A stretch of 63,704 bases of DNA, counting the filler, from Octopus bimaculoides (taxonomy: Eukaryota), in assembly GCF_001194135.2 (NCBI RefSeq). It is 7 parts of 7 records of this genome, joined end to end, with 100 filler letters (N's around TTAATTAATTAA, not from the genome) between each part and the next. Parts side by side here need not be neighbours in the genome. Positions count along the whole stretch, not along the records: positions 50,322 to 56,659 come from NC_068999.1; positions 56,760 to 61,997 come from NC_068995.1; positions 62,098 to 63,704 come from NC_068983.1; 4 more parts are not named here. One strand, 5' to 3'. The translations under genes were made by a program, and so were the position numbers. The notes under the pieces are model-generated. The model saw only the letters and a list, made by a program, of their open reading frames with translations. It ran no database searches and had not been told where the DNA came from. Shown here piece after piece: positions 51,421 to 62,490 of the stretch. Each line of letters opens with the position of its first letter. Positions within the stretch are counted from its first letter, which is position 1.

Positions 51421-52094
51421 TATGTGTGTGTATGTGTGTGTGTGTATACAGAGAAACGGTCAGACAGACGGATGCAAACCGGAATCGAAGCATAGTCATG
51501 GCACGTGAGGCAAGAAAATAAATAAAAACAAAACGACAAAAACAACATCAGCCATAAAAGGAAAAGGTAAGACAAAGAAAACCGTTTTCTAATGACCGCC
51601 CCGCACAATAACCATTAGAACCAAATGACCTTTTCACGGTCAATAAACTGACGGATATATAATAAAACTCGATTCCGTGTTCAAACGCCATATTATATTG
51701 ATTACTGGTCACTTTGAACCAGTAACACTCGACGTACGTATTATTGCTCTACAGGTCATTAAATCATTCATCAATGGAATTTAATATTCCATATTTATTC
51801 ATTTATTTATTTGTTCATTTATTATTTATTTAACTGGTTATTTATTTACTTGTTTATCTTCTTCTGTATTATTTTATGTATTAGTAGTATACTTTAGTGT
51901 ACCTGCGGTCTTTTTTTATGGCACCTGTGCGTGTGCGTCTGTGTGTATGTGCATACACACACGCACGCACACACACACACACACGCACGCACACACACAC
52001 ACGCACGCACACACACACACACACACACACGCACGCACACACACACATATATACACACACATCTAATTAGCTTAACTCCAAAAGTTTTTGTTAT

Positions 52095-52230
52095 TCTATC
52101 TCTGTTTATTTCATCGTGTTCTTTTCTGCTGAAGAGCGTAGGCTCGAAACTTAGAAGACTCTCTCACTTTCCCGAACGTCAAAATCATACACATGCTTGT
52201 TGTTTATACACCTGACTTCGTCTTTTGTTT
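52095..52230 (+). mobile_element. Penelope-like repeat fragment with a hammerhead-like core at 52129-52153
   Basis: CTGAAGA-GCGTAGGCTC-GAAA-CTTA retains the CUGANGA and GAAA core with a G-C closing pair. Confidence 0.45.
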
Positions 52231-52237
52231 TTCTGAT

Positions 52238-52508
52238 ATACCGCTAAGCATTTCGCCCGGCGTGCTAACGTTTCTTATTTCTTTGTTACCCACAAGGGGT
52301 TAAACATAGAGGAGACAAACAAGGACAGACAAAGGGATTAAGCCGATTACATCGACCCCTGTGCGTAATTGGTGCATAATTTATTGACCCCGAAAGGATG
52401 AAAGGCAAAGTCGACCTCGGCGGAATTTGAACTCAGAACGTAGCGGCAGACGTAATACCGCTAAGCATTCCGCCCGGCGTGCTAACGTTTCTGCCAGCTC
52501 GCCGCCTT
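52238..52508 (-). mobile_element. SINE family A, full length (tail type i), joined to a second partial head
   Basis: Full copy at 52275-52508. Its tail runs directly into GAAACGTTAGCACGCCGGGCGAAATGCTTAGCGGTAT (52238-52275). Confidence 0.9.
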
Positions 52509-52540
52509 AGATAAACAGAAATATTAAAACGAGAAAGATT

Positions 52541-52749
52541 AAGGCGAGCTGGCAGATTCGTTAGCACGCCAGGCGAAATGCTTAGCGGTATTTCGTCTGT
52601 CTTTACGTTCTGAGATCAAATTCCGCCTACGTCGACTTTGCTTTTCACCCTTTCGGTGTTGTTAATATAAGTACGAGTCAAGCAGTAGGGTTGATATAAA
52701 CTGCTTACCCACTGCCTTGAACTCGCTGGTCCTGTGCTAAAATTTGAAA
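52541..52749 (+). mobile_element. SINE family A, tail type ii
   Basis: AAGGCGAGCTGGCAGATTCGTTAGCACGCC head through CCTGTGCTAAAATTTGAAA tail. Confidence 0.85.
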
Positions 52750-53754
52750 TCTACACATATAATGTAAACAGAGGGAGGTAGATATAAAGATATCAGAATA
52801 TGATACTTAGATATAAAGATTAGATAGTTAAGGCAGATATATACACTTGCAGAAGCCTTAGAGACATATAGACAGATGTTCATAATAGAAAGATAGCTAT
52901 ACAGATAGAAACACAAACACAGAGATACAGAGACAGAGAGGTAGTGAGAGAGATAGACAAACAGTTAACTAGAAAGTAAGAGCGAATGAAATAGGGAAAG
53001 CAATTAAACTGAAGGACTGTCAGTTAATAAATAATCGAGAGAATAAGAGATAAAGAGAGAGAGAGGGAAAATGGAAGTTGTGTGAAAAATTGACCGAGAG
53101 AAATTGAAATAGATAAGATAAAAGAGAAGCATCTGAGCGAATGGGAGAATGTGTAAAAGAAGGAGAGTAAGAGAAACAGAAAGAGAGAGATGGTGGGATG
53201 AAGTAAATCAATATTGTTAGAAGAGCGATGAGTGTTTTGAAATTGTGGGAGTGTATGAGATTTTGTCTCAGACTTCTGTTGCAGCTGTTTTTGTGAGTGA
53301 CCTGATGAATACGAATATTGCCCAACTTCACTTCATATATATATATATATGCACGCGCGTGTGTCTGTGTGTATACATATGCAGACTACACAAGAAAAGG
53401 TAGAGACTCCGGGAAATAAAGAGATCGAGAGAGGGAGAGAGAGAGAGATAGGGTGAAGAAGTGAAGAAGAGATAGACAGAGAGAAGAGGAAAAAAGAAAG
53501 ACACAAATAAATATTTTAAAATATAACAAACATACATACACACTTATGATATATGCTTATGTACATATGGGTTTCAAGTTTACACATTTTGCGCACGAAT
53601 TTGAATTACAAAACCGTTACAAAAAATATTAAGAAAAAATAATATATCTTTTATCTCTTATCTTTTATCTTTTACTGGTTGCACGTAAAGGCTGCGGCCA
53701 TGCTGGAGCAACACCTTTTAGTGTGGTTGGGTTTCCTTTTTGTACTGTTTCTTT

Positions 53755-54615
53755 TTTATTGGCGAAGCAGTTAGACGGAGCCTCTCTTCTTTGTACCTCC
53801 TGTCGCGATGCCGGTTCATCTGGTATTTTAGACAGAAATTCGTGCAGCTACCCTTTAAAGATATCCACATCTCGTAAATCTCTGGGGACGTTTGGCAGAA
53901 TGTTGAATAGCTGTGGATCCTTGAAATCCAAACTGTTACATTAGTGAGTCCTTTTTGGAGAGAGCGAAGACGGATTCTTCATAATAATGCAGTGCCGGTC
54001 AGTTCATTGGTTGGTAAAGGTTTGAATTCCAAAATTAGGGGCTAATTCTTCCAAGATCTTCCATAGGTATATTACTGCATATCTTTCAAGCCTTTTTTCC
54101 ATGGCTTAGATCTTCATTTCCTTTAACCTCTCCCAGTAGGTCATTTGTCTCACACAAGTACTGTGACCCCTTTGACGCTCTCGGTACCCACAATTTGGAG
54201 AAGTAATCCAGGCGACTGGGAACTAAAGTTCTTCGTAGGAGTAGCATAGTATCCTTTTTTGTTTCTAAATGATCTCAGAATCCATGCAGCTGTGAATATA
54301 TATCCACTGATTGTTGCATTATGACACATACGGATTTCCAGGTCGTGCACCATATTTGACTTTGGGATTGTACTACCACCTGGTTCTGTGTGTTCAGATT
54401 ACAGTCCGTTTGTGGACCGCTAGTGGAGTGCTCGAAGCCTCTCAGCACTGGACTGCATGTTATTTTCATCAGCCCATTTGAATACTGCTTGCAGTCGTTT
54501 CGCAGTTTTAGAATGCCGTCGTACTTTGGTAGGTCGTTCTTGATTTCCTGATACTTTTGTATGATCAGCGTAGATTGCGAGAGTGACTGACTGTATGGCT
54601 GAAGGCATGTCTGGG
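53755..54615 (-). mobile_element. CR1-group LINE 3' fragment (RT C-half to end), decayed
   Basis: DMPS...IYADHTK (degenerate YADD), VFKWADENNM, YWERLKEMKI*AMEKRLERYAVIYLWKILE, PQLFNILP, FLSKIPDEP. Confidence 0.85.
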
Positions 54616-54624
54616 AAAGCCACC

Positions 54625-54730
54625 ACAAACAGTAGCAGTAGTGGTAGTAGTAGTAGTTGTAGTAGTAGTAGTTGTAGTAGTAGTAGTAGTAGTAGTTGTA
54701 GTAGTAGTAGTTGTAGTAGTAGTAGTTGTC
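54625..54730. repeat. (GTA)n/(GTT) microsatellite
   Basis: Read directly from the sequence. Confidence 0.95.
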
Positions 54731-54754
54731 TGCTACAGATTGTTGTCGCTATCT

Positions 54755-54962
54755 GTGGTCATGCTGGAGCACTGTCTTCTAGTCGAACAAATCGACTTAT
54801 TCTTTGTAAACCTAGTACTTATGCTATCGGCCACTTTTTGCCGAACTGCTAAGTTACGGGTACGTAAATATGCCAGTGTCAGTTGTCAAGTGATGGTGGG
54901 GGTGGGGAAAACACAGACACACAAATATATACATATGTATATGACGAGCTTGTTTGAGTTTC
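54755..54962 (-). mobile_element. SINE family B 3' module C with a short internal microsatellite
   Basis: GTCATGCTGGAGCAC...CCTAGTACTTATGCTATCGG...AAACACAGACACACAAA...GACGAGCTTGTTTGAGTTTCC matches 26880-27345. Confidence 0.8.
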
Positions 54963-55168
54963 CCTTGTGGGCAACAAAGAAATAAAAATCGTTAGGGTGC
55001 CGGGCGAAATGCTTAGCGGTATTTCGTCTGTCTTTACGTTCCGAGTTCAAATTTCGCCGAGGTCGACCTTGCTTTCATCTTTTCGTGGCCAATAAATTAA
55101 GTACCAGTTGCGTACCTGGGTCGATCTAATTGACTGATCCCTGCTTCCCCAGAAATTTCGGGCTTGCA
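54962..55168 (+). mobile_element. SINE family A preceded by a type-i tail remnant
   Basis: CCCTTGTGGGCAACAAAGAAATAAAAATCGTTAG junction, then head and core. Confidence 0.85.
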
Positions 55169-55957
55169 GAAAAAAATATATTTGCAATAATCTCCAAAAC
55201 TCACCCACAATGAATTGTCCAAGGCTATCGTAGAAAACATTGGCCAAGGGACCACGAAGCGGAATTGAACACAAAGCTGTGTAATTGCAAAGTGAACATC
55301 CTGAACCACCAACAGAGCCACGGCACTTCATGCATAAACACACACACACACACACACTCCATACATATGTACGTATATTGACTTTGTGTGTGTGTGTGTG
55401 TTGCTATTTTATTAGGCCAATATAGTCAATTGATGCCGAATATAAAGTGTTTATTGTGAACACCAACCCAAAAGTCATCGGCAATTGCATTGATGGTGTA
55501 TGTTTTTTTGTTTTTTTACTGGTCTTCGTTTGCTTGGCGTTTTTTTTATCTTTGAGGCGATCGTTTAGGAGAAAAGCATTCTCTTTTGTTAAGTTAGTGT
55601 GTATGTATACTTCAGTATATATATATATATATATATATATNNNNNNNNNNNNNNNNNNNNNNNNNNNNNNNNNNNNNNNNNNNNNNNNNNNNNNNNNNNN
55701 NNNNNNNNNNNNNNNNNNNNNNNNNNNNNNNNNNNNNNNNNNNNNNNNNNNNNNNNNNNNNNNNNNNNNNNNNNNNNNNNNNNNNNNNNNNNNNNNNNNN
55801 NNNNNNNNNNNNNNNNNNNNNNNNNNNNNNNNNNNNNNNNNNNNNNNNNNNNNNNNNNNNNNNNNNNNNNNNNNNNNNNNNNNNNNNNNNNNNNNNNNNN
55901 NNNNNNNNNNNNNNNNNNNNNNNNNNNNNNNNNNNNNNNNNNNNNNNNNNNNNNNNN

Positions 55958-55988
<31 letters not shown>

Positions 55989-56214
55989 TATATGCGTGTG
56001 AGCGTATAATCTTTTCGAATTGCTATTGTAATATTCTGTTTTTTATTCTCGTCTTTCGATATTCTCAGATTGCCTTTGTTATGATAAGACTAAAAGACAA
56101 TATGGCGCCTGTTTCAATAGATTTTGTTTTTGCTGCGAACGATCAGCTCACACCGGATATAGATACATGGTTAATATCTAGATATCTAGACAGGTTTCTT
56201 CTTGTCCTTCATGC

Positions 56215-56215
56215 A

Positions 56216-56255
<40 letters not shown>

Positions 56256-56400
56256 CGGTTATTGTTGTTGCTGCTGCTGCTGTTGATGATGCTTTTGCTG
56301 CTCTTGTTGTTGTTCCTGGAACTGGAAACGGGCATTTTATTTCGTTGTTGCTGCTTATTCTATAACTATAACTATTCGTCTCTTTATAGTCACTCCTACA

Positions 56401-56499
<99 letters not shown>

Positions 56500-56520
56500 G
56501 CTACTACTGGTGTTGGTGTA
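56215..56520. repeat. Compound (GCT)n, (GTT)n and (CTA)n microsatellites
   Basis: Read directly from the sequence; source of the poly-A/L/Y/V ORFs. Confidence 0.9.
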
Positions 56521-56659
56521 CTTTTTTTATCGGTTGGGTGTTGTTTTATTGTTCTTAGTCTCTTTTTAGTCAAGTCTTCACCCCATTTCGCTTCGTATAC
56601 ACATACACATATATACACATTTTGACATATATATTTGTACATATATATATATATATATA

Positions 56660-56759
56660 NNNNNNNNNNNNNNNNNNNNNNNNNNNNNNNNNNNNNNNNN
56701 NNNTTAATTAATTAANNNNNNNNNNNNNNNNNNNNNNNNNNNNNNNNNNNNNNNNNNNN
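56660..56759. other. Artificial scaffold linker
   Basis: N44-TTAATTAATTAA-N44. Confidence 0.95.
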
Positions 56760-56784
56760 ATTTGAGTGTGCGTGTGGGTGTGTA

Positions 56785-56947
56785 CGACGGGCTTCCACAC
56801 AGTTTCCGTCTACCAGGTTCTGTCACACTTCCTTGATTGTCCCGGCGCTATAGTGGAACACACTTCCCCAAGACCTGCACAGTGGGACTGAACTCAAAAC
56901 CACGTGGTTGGAAAACGTGCTTCTTAAGCACAGAGCCAGGCCTGCGC
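56785..56947 (-). mobile_element. CORE-type SINE family B, diverged
   Basis: CGACGGGCTTCC.CAGTTTCCGTCTACC...GCTATAGTGGAACACACTT.CCCAAG...CAGTGGGACTGAAC. Confidence 0.8.
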
Positions 56948-57207
56948 TCGGTTAACTAATGTTTAGAAAGGAGAGTAAGTCAAAGTACCAAAATTGGAGC
57001 GAATTAAATGAAGCAATTGTTTCAGTTGAATATTGAGAAAAATATACGATGCAGTATACTGTCTTGCGTTCTCAAAAAGCTCATTTTTATGAATATCTGT
57101 GTTGTGATGATCTGATGACATGAGGCACTGCCTCTCGCTGGCTTAATAGATTTGTATTGTGCATAATGCTGAGTATGTACAAATATAGTCAACATATTAT
57201 ACGAAAG

Positions 57208-57420
57208 AAGGCGGTGAGGTGGCAGAATCGTTAGCACGCCGGGCAAAATGTTTAGCGGCCTTTCGTCCTTCTTTACGTTCTGAGTTCGAATGCCACCAGG
57301 GTTGACTTTGCCTTTCATCCTTTCGGAGTCGATAAATTAAGTACCAGTTGAACACTGAGGTCAATGTAATCGACTTACTCCGTCCCCCGAGACTGCTGGC
57401 CTTGTGCCAAAATTTGAAAC
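57208..57420 (+). mobile_element. SINE family A, tail type ii
   Basis: Head, core and GGCCTTGTGCCAAAATTTGAAAC tail. Confidence 0.88.
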
Positions 57421-57604
57421 GAATATACTATACAAAGGAATAAAAAAAAACTTGTAGCACATAATATTCCATACATTCTTACAACATCAGTATGTAAGCA
57501 TTATTTATATCTTAACCTGTTTTTTCAGGGAGAACATGACAGTAATTCCCTTCTGCAGATGACATTGTACAATGTCAAATAAGTTTGGTCCGTGAGGGAA
57601 CAGT

Positions 57605-57653
<49 letters not shown>

Positions 57654-57839
57654 CGATTCCTAGATTGAGCAGTGTATCTTATCCTCGAGCAACATGTTTC
57701 AATTCATGTTGCTTCAGTTTACTCAGTTGAAAATGAGTAACCCTGCGATAGAGTGGAGTCCTTTTGAATGAGCGACCTTGTAATATAAATGTATCTGTGT
57801 GTTTGTATGTGTATAGATATATATATACACGCATATTAT

Positions 57840-58400
57840 TCCCTGTGTATAGAATACAGTCTTGTTTACTTGCGCAGTCAAGTTTTCCCATGACAACCGG
57901 AGGGTTGACTGTTGGTATTTCATCGACTAAAACAACTTTCACTGGCCCAATCCGCCTGTCTGTTAATAGATACTCAAAGGCGATACATGCTACCATTATA
58001 ATTAGATTCTGCCCTCGAGTGTAGTTTGGCACACTTTTAAAGCTAATAGGATTAATCTCCCTTTGATGGATACTTCTAATTAAGAATAGTTGAAGAGTCG
58101 ATTCCACCAATAATCACTTTTGACAAATAGACAGATATCAGTAGAGGCTTTATACAAAGTCTTAACAATATTTCATTATCAGTTTTTTGTATTTAGATAA
58201 GGCGTTTAATTAAACAGCTTCCAAACTGATCGAAGAAGCTCTTCATCTAAAATTGTTTCTGAGGTTCCAGGGAATTGATTTCCTAACTTAATAAAATGTT
58301 TGACAATGAAAACGTAATCTTCGGTTTTCACAGCAATTCCTTAGCAGTTCGTTACTAAATGATATTCTTTTACCAGTTTCCAGAGCAAATGTAATACGTC
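57840..58400 (-). mobile_element. Possible Merlin/ISXO2-like transposase relic
   Basis: CIAFEYLLTDRRIGPVKVVLVDE...MGKLDCASKQDCILY loosely fits C..YL.....IGG.G..VE.DE...GG..R.T..CF. Weak. Confidence 0.28.
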
Positions 58401-58616
58401 TCGTTCATGTTAGCTTTCACACATACAAAAACAACATATAATCAGTTTTACTCTCAGTTGAGTATTACTATTTAGAAATGTGTGAAACCTCTTCCAAACT
58501 CTTCATACTCGTTAAGCATCTTAAGTCTTTTTCTAAAGTAGTTTACATTAAAAGTTAATTATTCTTATTGTAACTATTCTTCTTCTTATTTTTATTGTCA
58601 TTACTGCTGTCAAGCC

Positions 58617-58820
58617 GGCGAGCTAGCAGAATCGTTAGCACGCCAGGCAAAATCCTTACCAGTATCTCGTTCGTCTTTACAGTTCTGAGTTCAAATTCCG
58701 CTGCGGTTGATTTTTGCGTTTCATCTTTTCTTGGTCGATGAAATAAGTACTAGGCAAATATTGGAGTCGATGTAATCTCATTTCTCCCAAAATTTTAGGT
58801 CTTCTGCTTATAGTAGAAAT
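58617..58820 (+). mobile_element. SINE family A, tail type iii, diverged
   Basis: GGCGAGCTAGCAGAATCGTTAGCACGCC head through CTTATAGTAGAAATTATT tail. Confidence 0.82.
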
Positions 58821-59099
58821 TATTATTGTTACTTTTTCTATTAATGGTAGAGGAAGTAGCAGACTGAAGCGATTTTAAACACGTGTAATAATAAACAAAA
58901 AACTGATTGGTTCACCAACTGTATGGTGTCCATTTTTTGAAAGTACGGAGCTGCTACCCAAGATACATAGTCAAAAATGTTGCCTTGCCCTCGAGTCATC
59001 GAAGACAAAGTCTTTCAAAAAATCCATATCAGGAATACACCATTGTAGGTATGGATGACCTGCGGCACAGGGACAATCTGTGATTGTTGCTATTCATAA

Positions 59100-60030
59100 A
59101 TAAAAGCATATACACAAATATAAAGAAACAGGTAAAAAGCGAGATAAAGAAAGAGAAGAAAAAGAAGGGGAAAAGCAGCAGAAGCTGGAGGGGGAGAGGC
59201 GATGGCTCACTTACCCCTGAAAAAATGGTGTGTTCAGCCGCCCCCGCAGTGATGACCGCAATGGCTCGCTACAGCAGCCACTCCACCTCGTGGGCTTCGT
59301 TTCTCCGACGGGCCACCGATAGTACAAAGTCTGAGAACAACTGACATCTCCACGGCAACCAGAGCAAACTGATAGCAGCCGGTCATATTCCTATATCTAT
59401 TGATTTTTCTCTTCTCCTCGTTACAGGCGGCGTTACCCGGATTTGCAGCCGATGCTGAACAATTGGAGCTGGAGAACATGTCGTTGCACGTCACACCCCA
59501 GACTAGAGATCTGCCTCTCACGAATGGGAAGAGGGTTATTCTGTTGGGGCGCTTAACGTCCCCTCAGTCGAGATCTGCTGACTCAAGTTGTGACGAGAAG
59601 CCAGTCACGTCAAGGCCATCTCTGATTATGTCATTCAGCGCGGAGTATCGGGGAAATCGGACCCCTCCAAGGGTGTCAAAAAATGGATACAGCCCGAATT
59701 TGTCAACTACCGCTCCACAGCGACATTTGTGCGGCTCACACACGCGGAGACCGAGGCATTTCGTTACTCCAGTACAAGTGCACTCATCATCTAGAAGGGT
59801 ACCGGTAGATGAGGAGGGCACCAAATTGAGCCACGCACCGCTATTTTGCTGCGAGGCGGAACGGAAACAGGCAAGGCGGTGCTGGTCTAATGATATCTCT
59901 GGCCGGTCGAAGGTGGACTTGCATCTGATATTGCCGTGGTTGCTTTGGACATCTGTATTGATCGAGCAGAATTGCAACCAAAAGTGTTTCCAGTCATCTT
60001 CCAGAGTTCTTTTAAGGTATATTATGTATG
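59100..60030 (-). mobile_element. CRE-clade (RLE-type) non-LTR retrotransposon 3' fragment, pseudogenized
   Basis: One frame reads ASQQNSGAWLNLVPSSSTGTLLDD...LGLRVCEPHKCRCGAVVD...RYSALNDII...D*GDVKRPNRITLFPFVRGRSLVWGVTCND...RKINRY. The two listed ORFs are one frame split by a TGA; the RPD and WD catalytic motifs are mutated. Confidence 0.88.
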
Positions 60031-61011
60031 ATTTCGTTATCCAAGATGGCCTTACTTTTTTTTAAGAGAGCAGAGTGATTTCGTTTGTATTTAACATACA
60101 ACTGCCTCTTTAAGTCGATAAATTTTACGTATATTAAATATATCTTTGTCGTAAGATAATTTGAGGATACTAACTGCCAGTGAAAACAACGTGCCTGACA
60201 CCCGCAGAATCATTATTTCATTACAGTAGGGCCTCATACAACTTAGGTGCAATCAGGACGACAATTTTTCTCGTTGCTAAACAGTTTATTTAACAATTAA
60301 TGTCAAGAGTAAATCATCTAGTGATGGAGACTCGGCAATTAATGTACGTGAAAAAGTATGCCACATCATTGATATTGCATTTGGTAATTAGTGAACAACG
60401 AGACTTAACACTGTAAATCGCTGCTTTCCTTACTAATTTGCGGCACTTTAGAGCAAATAAAAAAAAATACTGTGATGCCTTTCGTACATAAAGACAAAAC
60501 AATGTCTTACACAGTATTTATATATTATACTTTAACCTAATTATAATTTAAACTGCAATTAATTAAGTAAAAACGTCTGTACATTTTCACTATTTCCACA
60601 TTGTTTTCAGTATCTTGTCATTTTTGCATTACACGTAAGCTACATTTCGTGTCACACCAATGCGTAGTGCCTATAATCAGGTAATCACTATTGTGCGGCA
60701 CCTATTTTTTTTTTTCCATAATGAATCTTAAAAAAGTAAAATAACACAAATCAACGAGCAGCTAAGTTTCAGGGACGAGAGAGAGAGGGTTGAGGTAAAG
60801 GTTCTTGTTTTGTTTTGTATACGGTTTTGTTGAGATTTTTATTTCTGGTTTTGTGGAGGGCCCGCGTTGGTGGTCAGAAAGAGATAATCTTTAACGATAT
60901 AATAAGGTTAATCTTTTCAATAAAACCAAAAGAAAAAACACAATCCAAAGATATAACAATATATTAGTTTCTGAATAGACGGATATCATGTGTGTAGGTA
61001 ATTATATATAA

Positions 61012-61845
61012 CATGGAAAAATGCAAGAGAAATAATATTCTTAAGATTATATATCTGGAAAAGTACAGGACAAGTTATTACACTTGGAAAAGTTCAGTAC
61101 AAGATCTGGTAAAGTACAGAACAAAGAAATTTTTACTAAAAATATTGCAGCTAAGGATAAAATTTTACTAATGTTTAGATTTAGAAAATATTAACTTTTA
61201 TTAAAACTAGAAATTTTATTACAAGTTATTACTTCTATTTGTCATTACTTGTTACTTCTATTAAATATAAAAAATAACTCAAAATATTTTTTACACTTTA
61301 AAAAATTCAGGTTTTTAATTATTAATTAATAATTAGAAATTTGAAAATAAGTAATAAAAAATAATAATGGTACATAATTAGTTAGTACAATAAATAGAAT
61401 AATACAAAAATTAGTTATATACTACATTAAGATTTGCTTGAGTTATTGCCCAAGTTATTGCCAAGTCTTCATATTTTTAGTCTTGAACAATGCCTATTTT
61501 TTACATAATGAATTTGCCTAACATGTATACTATACCACTTTGCATAAAACTTTAGATATATTGGTACTTCTGACTCTCATTTTTTAGGTATTCTAGTGTG
61601 TCAATATTTTAACAAAATTGTGGTGCTTTTTAATTATAATGTTACTTAGTAAATTAAAATCAAATGATTTTAAATATTCAAATTTTATCCTTAGCTGCAA
61701 TATTTCAAGTAAAAATTTTCTTGTTCTTTACTTTACCAGATGTAATAACTTGTCCTGAACTTTTCCAAGTGTAACAACTTGTCCTTGTACTTTTCCAGAT
61801 TTATAATCTTAAGAATGTTATTTCTTTTGCTCGCATTTTTCCATG
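61012..61845. mobile_element. Foldback-like element: ~155-bp modular TIRs, AT-rich interior, TAA on both flanks
   Basis: 61012-61165 is the reverse complement of 61680-61845 (CATGGAAAAATGC...TTCTTAAGATTAT...GCAGCTAAGGATAAAATTT). The arms contain repeated ~25-bp (C/T)TGGAAAAGT.CAG.ACAAG modules. Confidence 0.88.
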
Positions 61846-61997
61846 TAATTCATCTTTTTTTTTTCCAAGCTATGCTCTTATGCTAATTAATAATGTGCCA
61901 AATGTGTCAATTAGCGGTGGCGTTGATAATTTTTTCCTTATCTCAATGATGCCGGTAATATATTAAATGTCTCCTAGAACTATATTCATAAAAAAAA

Positions 61998-62097
61998 NNN
62001 NNNNNNNNNNNNNNNNNNNNNNNNNNNNNNNNNNNNNNNNNTTAATTAATTAANNNNNNNNNNNNNNNNNNNNNNNNNNNNNNNNNNNNNNNNNNNN
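61998..62097. other. Artificial scaffold linker
   Basis: N44-TTAATTAATTAA-N44. Confidence 0.95.
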
Positions 62098-62166
<69 letters not shown>

Positions 62167-62183
62167 ATAATAATAATAATAAT

Positions 62184-62490
62184 AAATGTCCGGATGCAGT
62201 ACCAGGCAGTGGCTCTCATGGCTTCTAATCTTAATTGATTGGAAGTGTTATCATGTGCATTGTTTTGTCTTGGTATAAAAGATGGGCTACAGCAAATATT
62301 CTGCTCAATACCACAGATTTGCTTGTCAGTTGTTTGACCTTAACCAGTTGAGCATGTCCCTTGGTGGCTGACGATATGTGCATCTCTGATCATGAGCAGA
62401 AGTAGTGGGTTAGCCATGTGTTGAGAGGAATTCGTTGTGATTTGAATAATTTACCTTTGAAAACACGGGTGTTTTGCTCAACATCCTTAA
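62184..62490. mobile_element. Dispersed repeat abutting (ATG)n(AAT)n; family unassigned
   Basis: A second partial copy lies at 39218-39310. One end is fused to a trinucleotide tract. Confidence 0.6.

Noticed and set aside
53655-54790. CATGCTGGAGCA on both sides of the CR1-like fragment as a TSD
   Set aside because: The motif is internal to SINE module C, which occurs as two separate fragments, and it does not abut the LINE ends.
768-56009. Long ORFs in the track made of X runs and YIYI/CVCV/HTHT text
   Set aside because: They are translations of N gaps and dinucleotide microsatellites, not coding sequence.
56081-56642. Poly-Ala, poly-Leu, poly-Tyr and poly-Val ORFs
   Set aside because: They are trinucleotide microsatellites.
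59400-60065. 221-aa plus-strand ORF
   Set aside because: It is the antisense shadow of the GC-rich CRE-like coding fragment and has no recognisable motifs.
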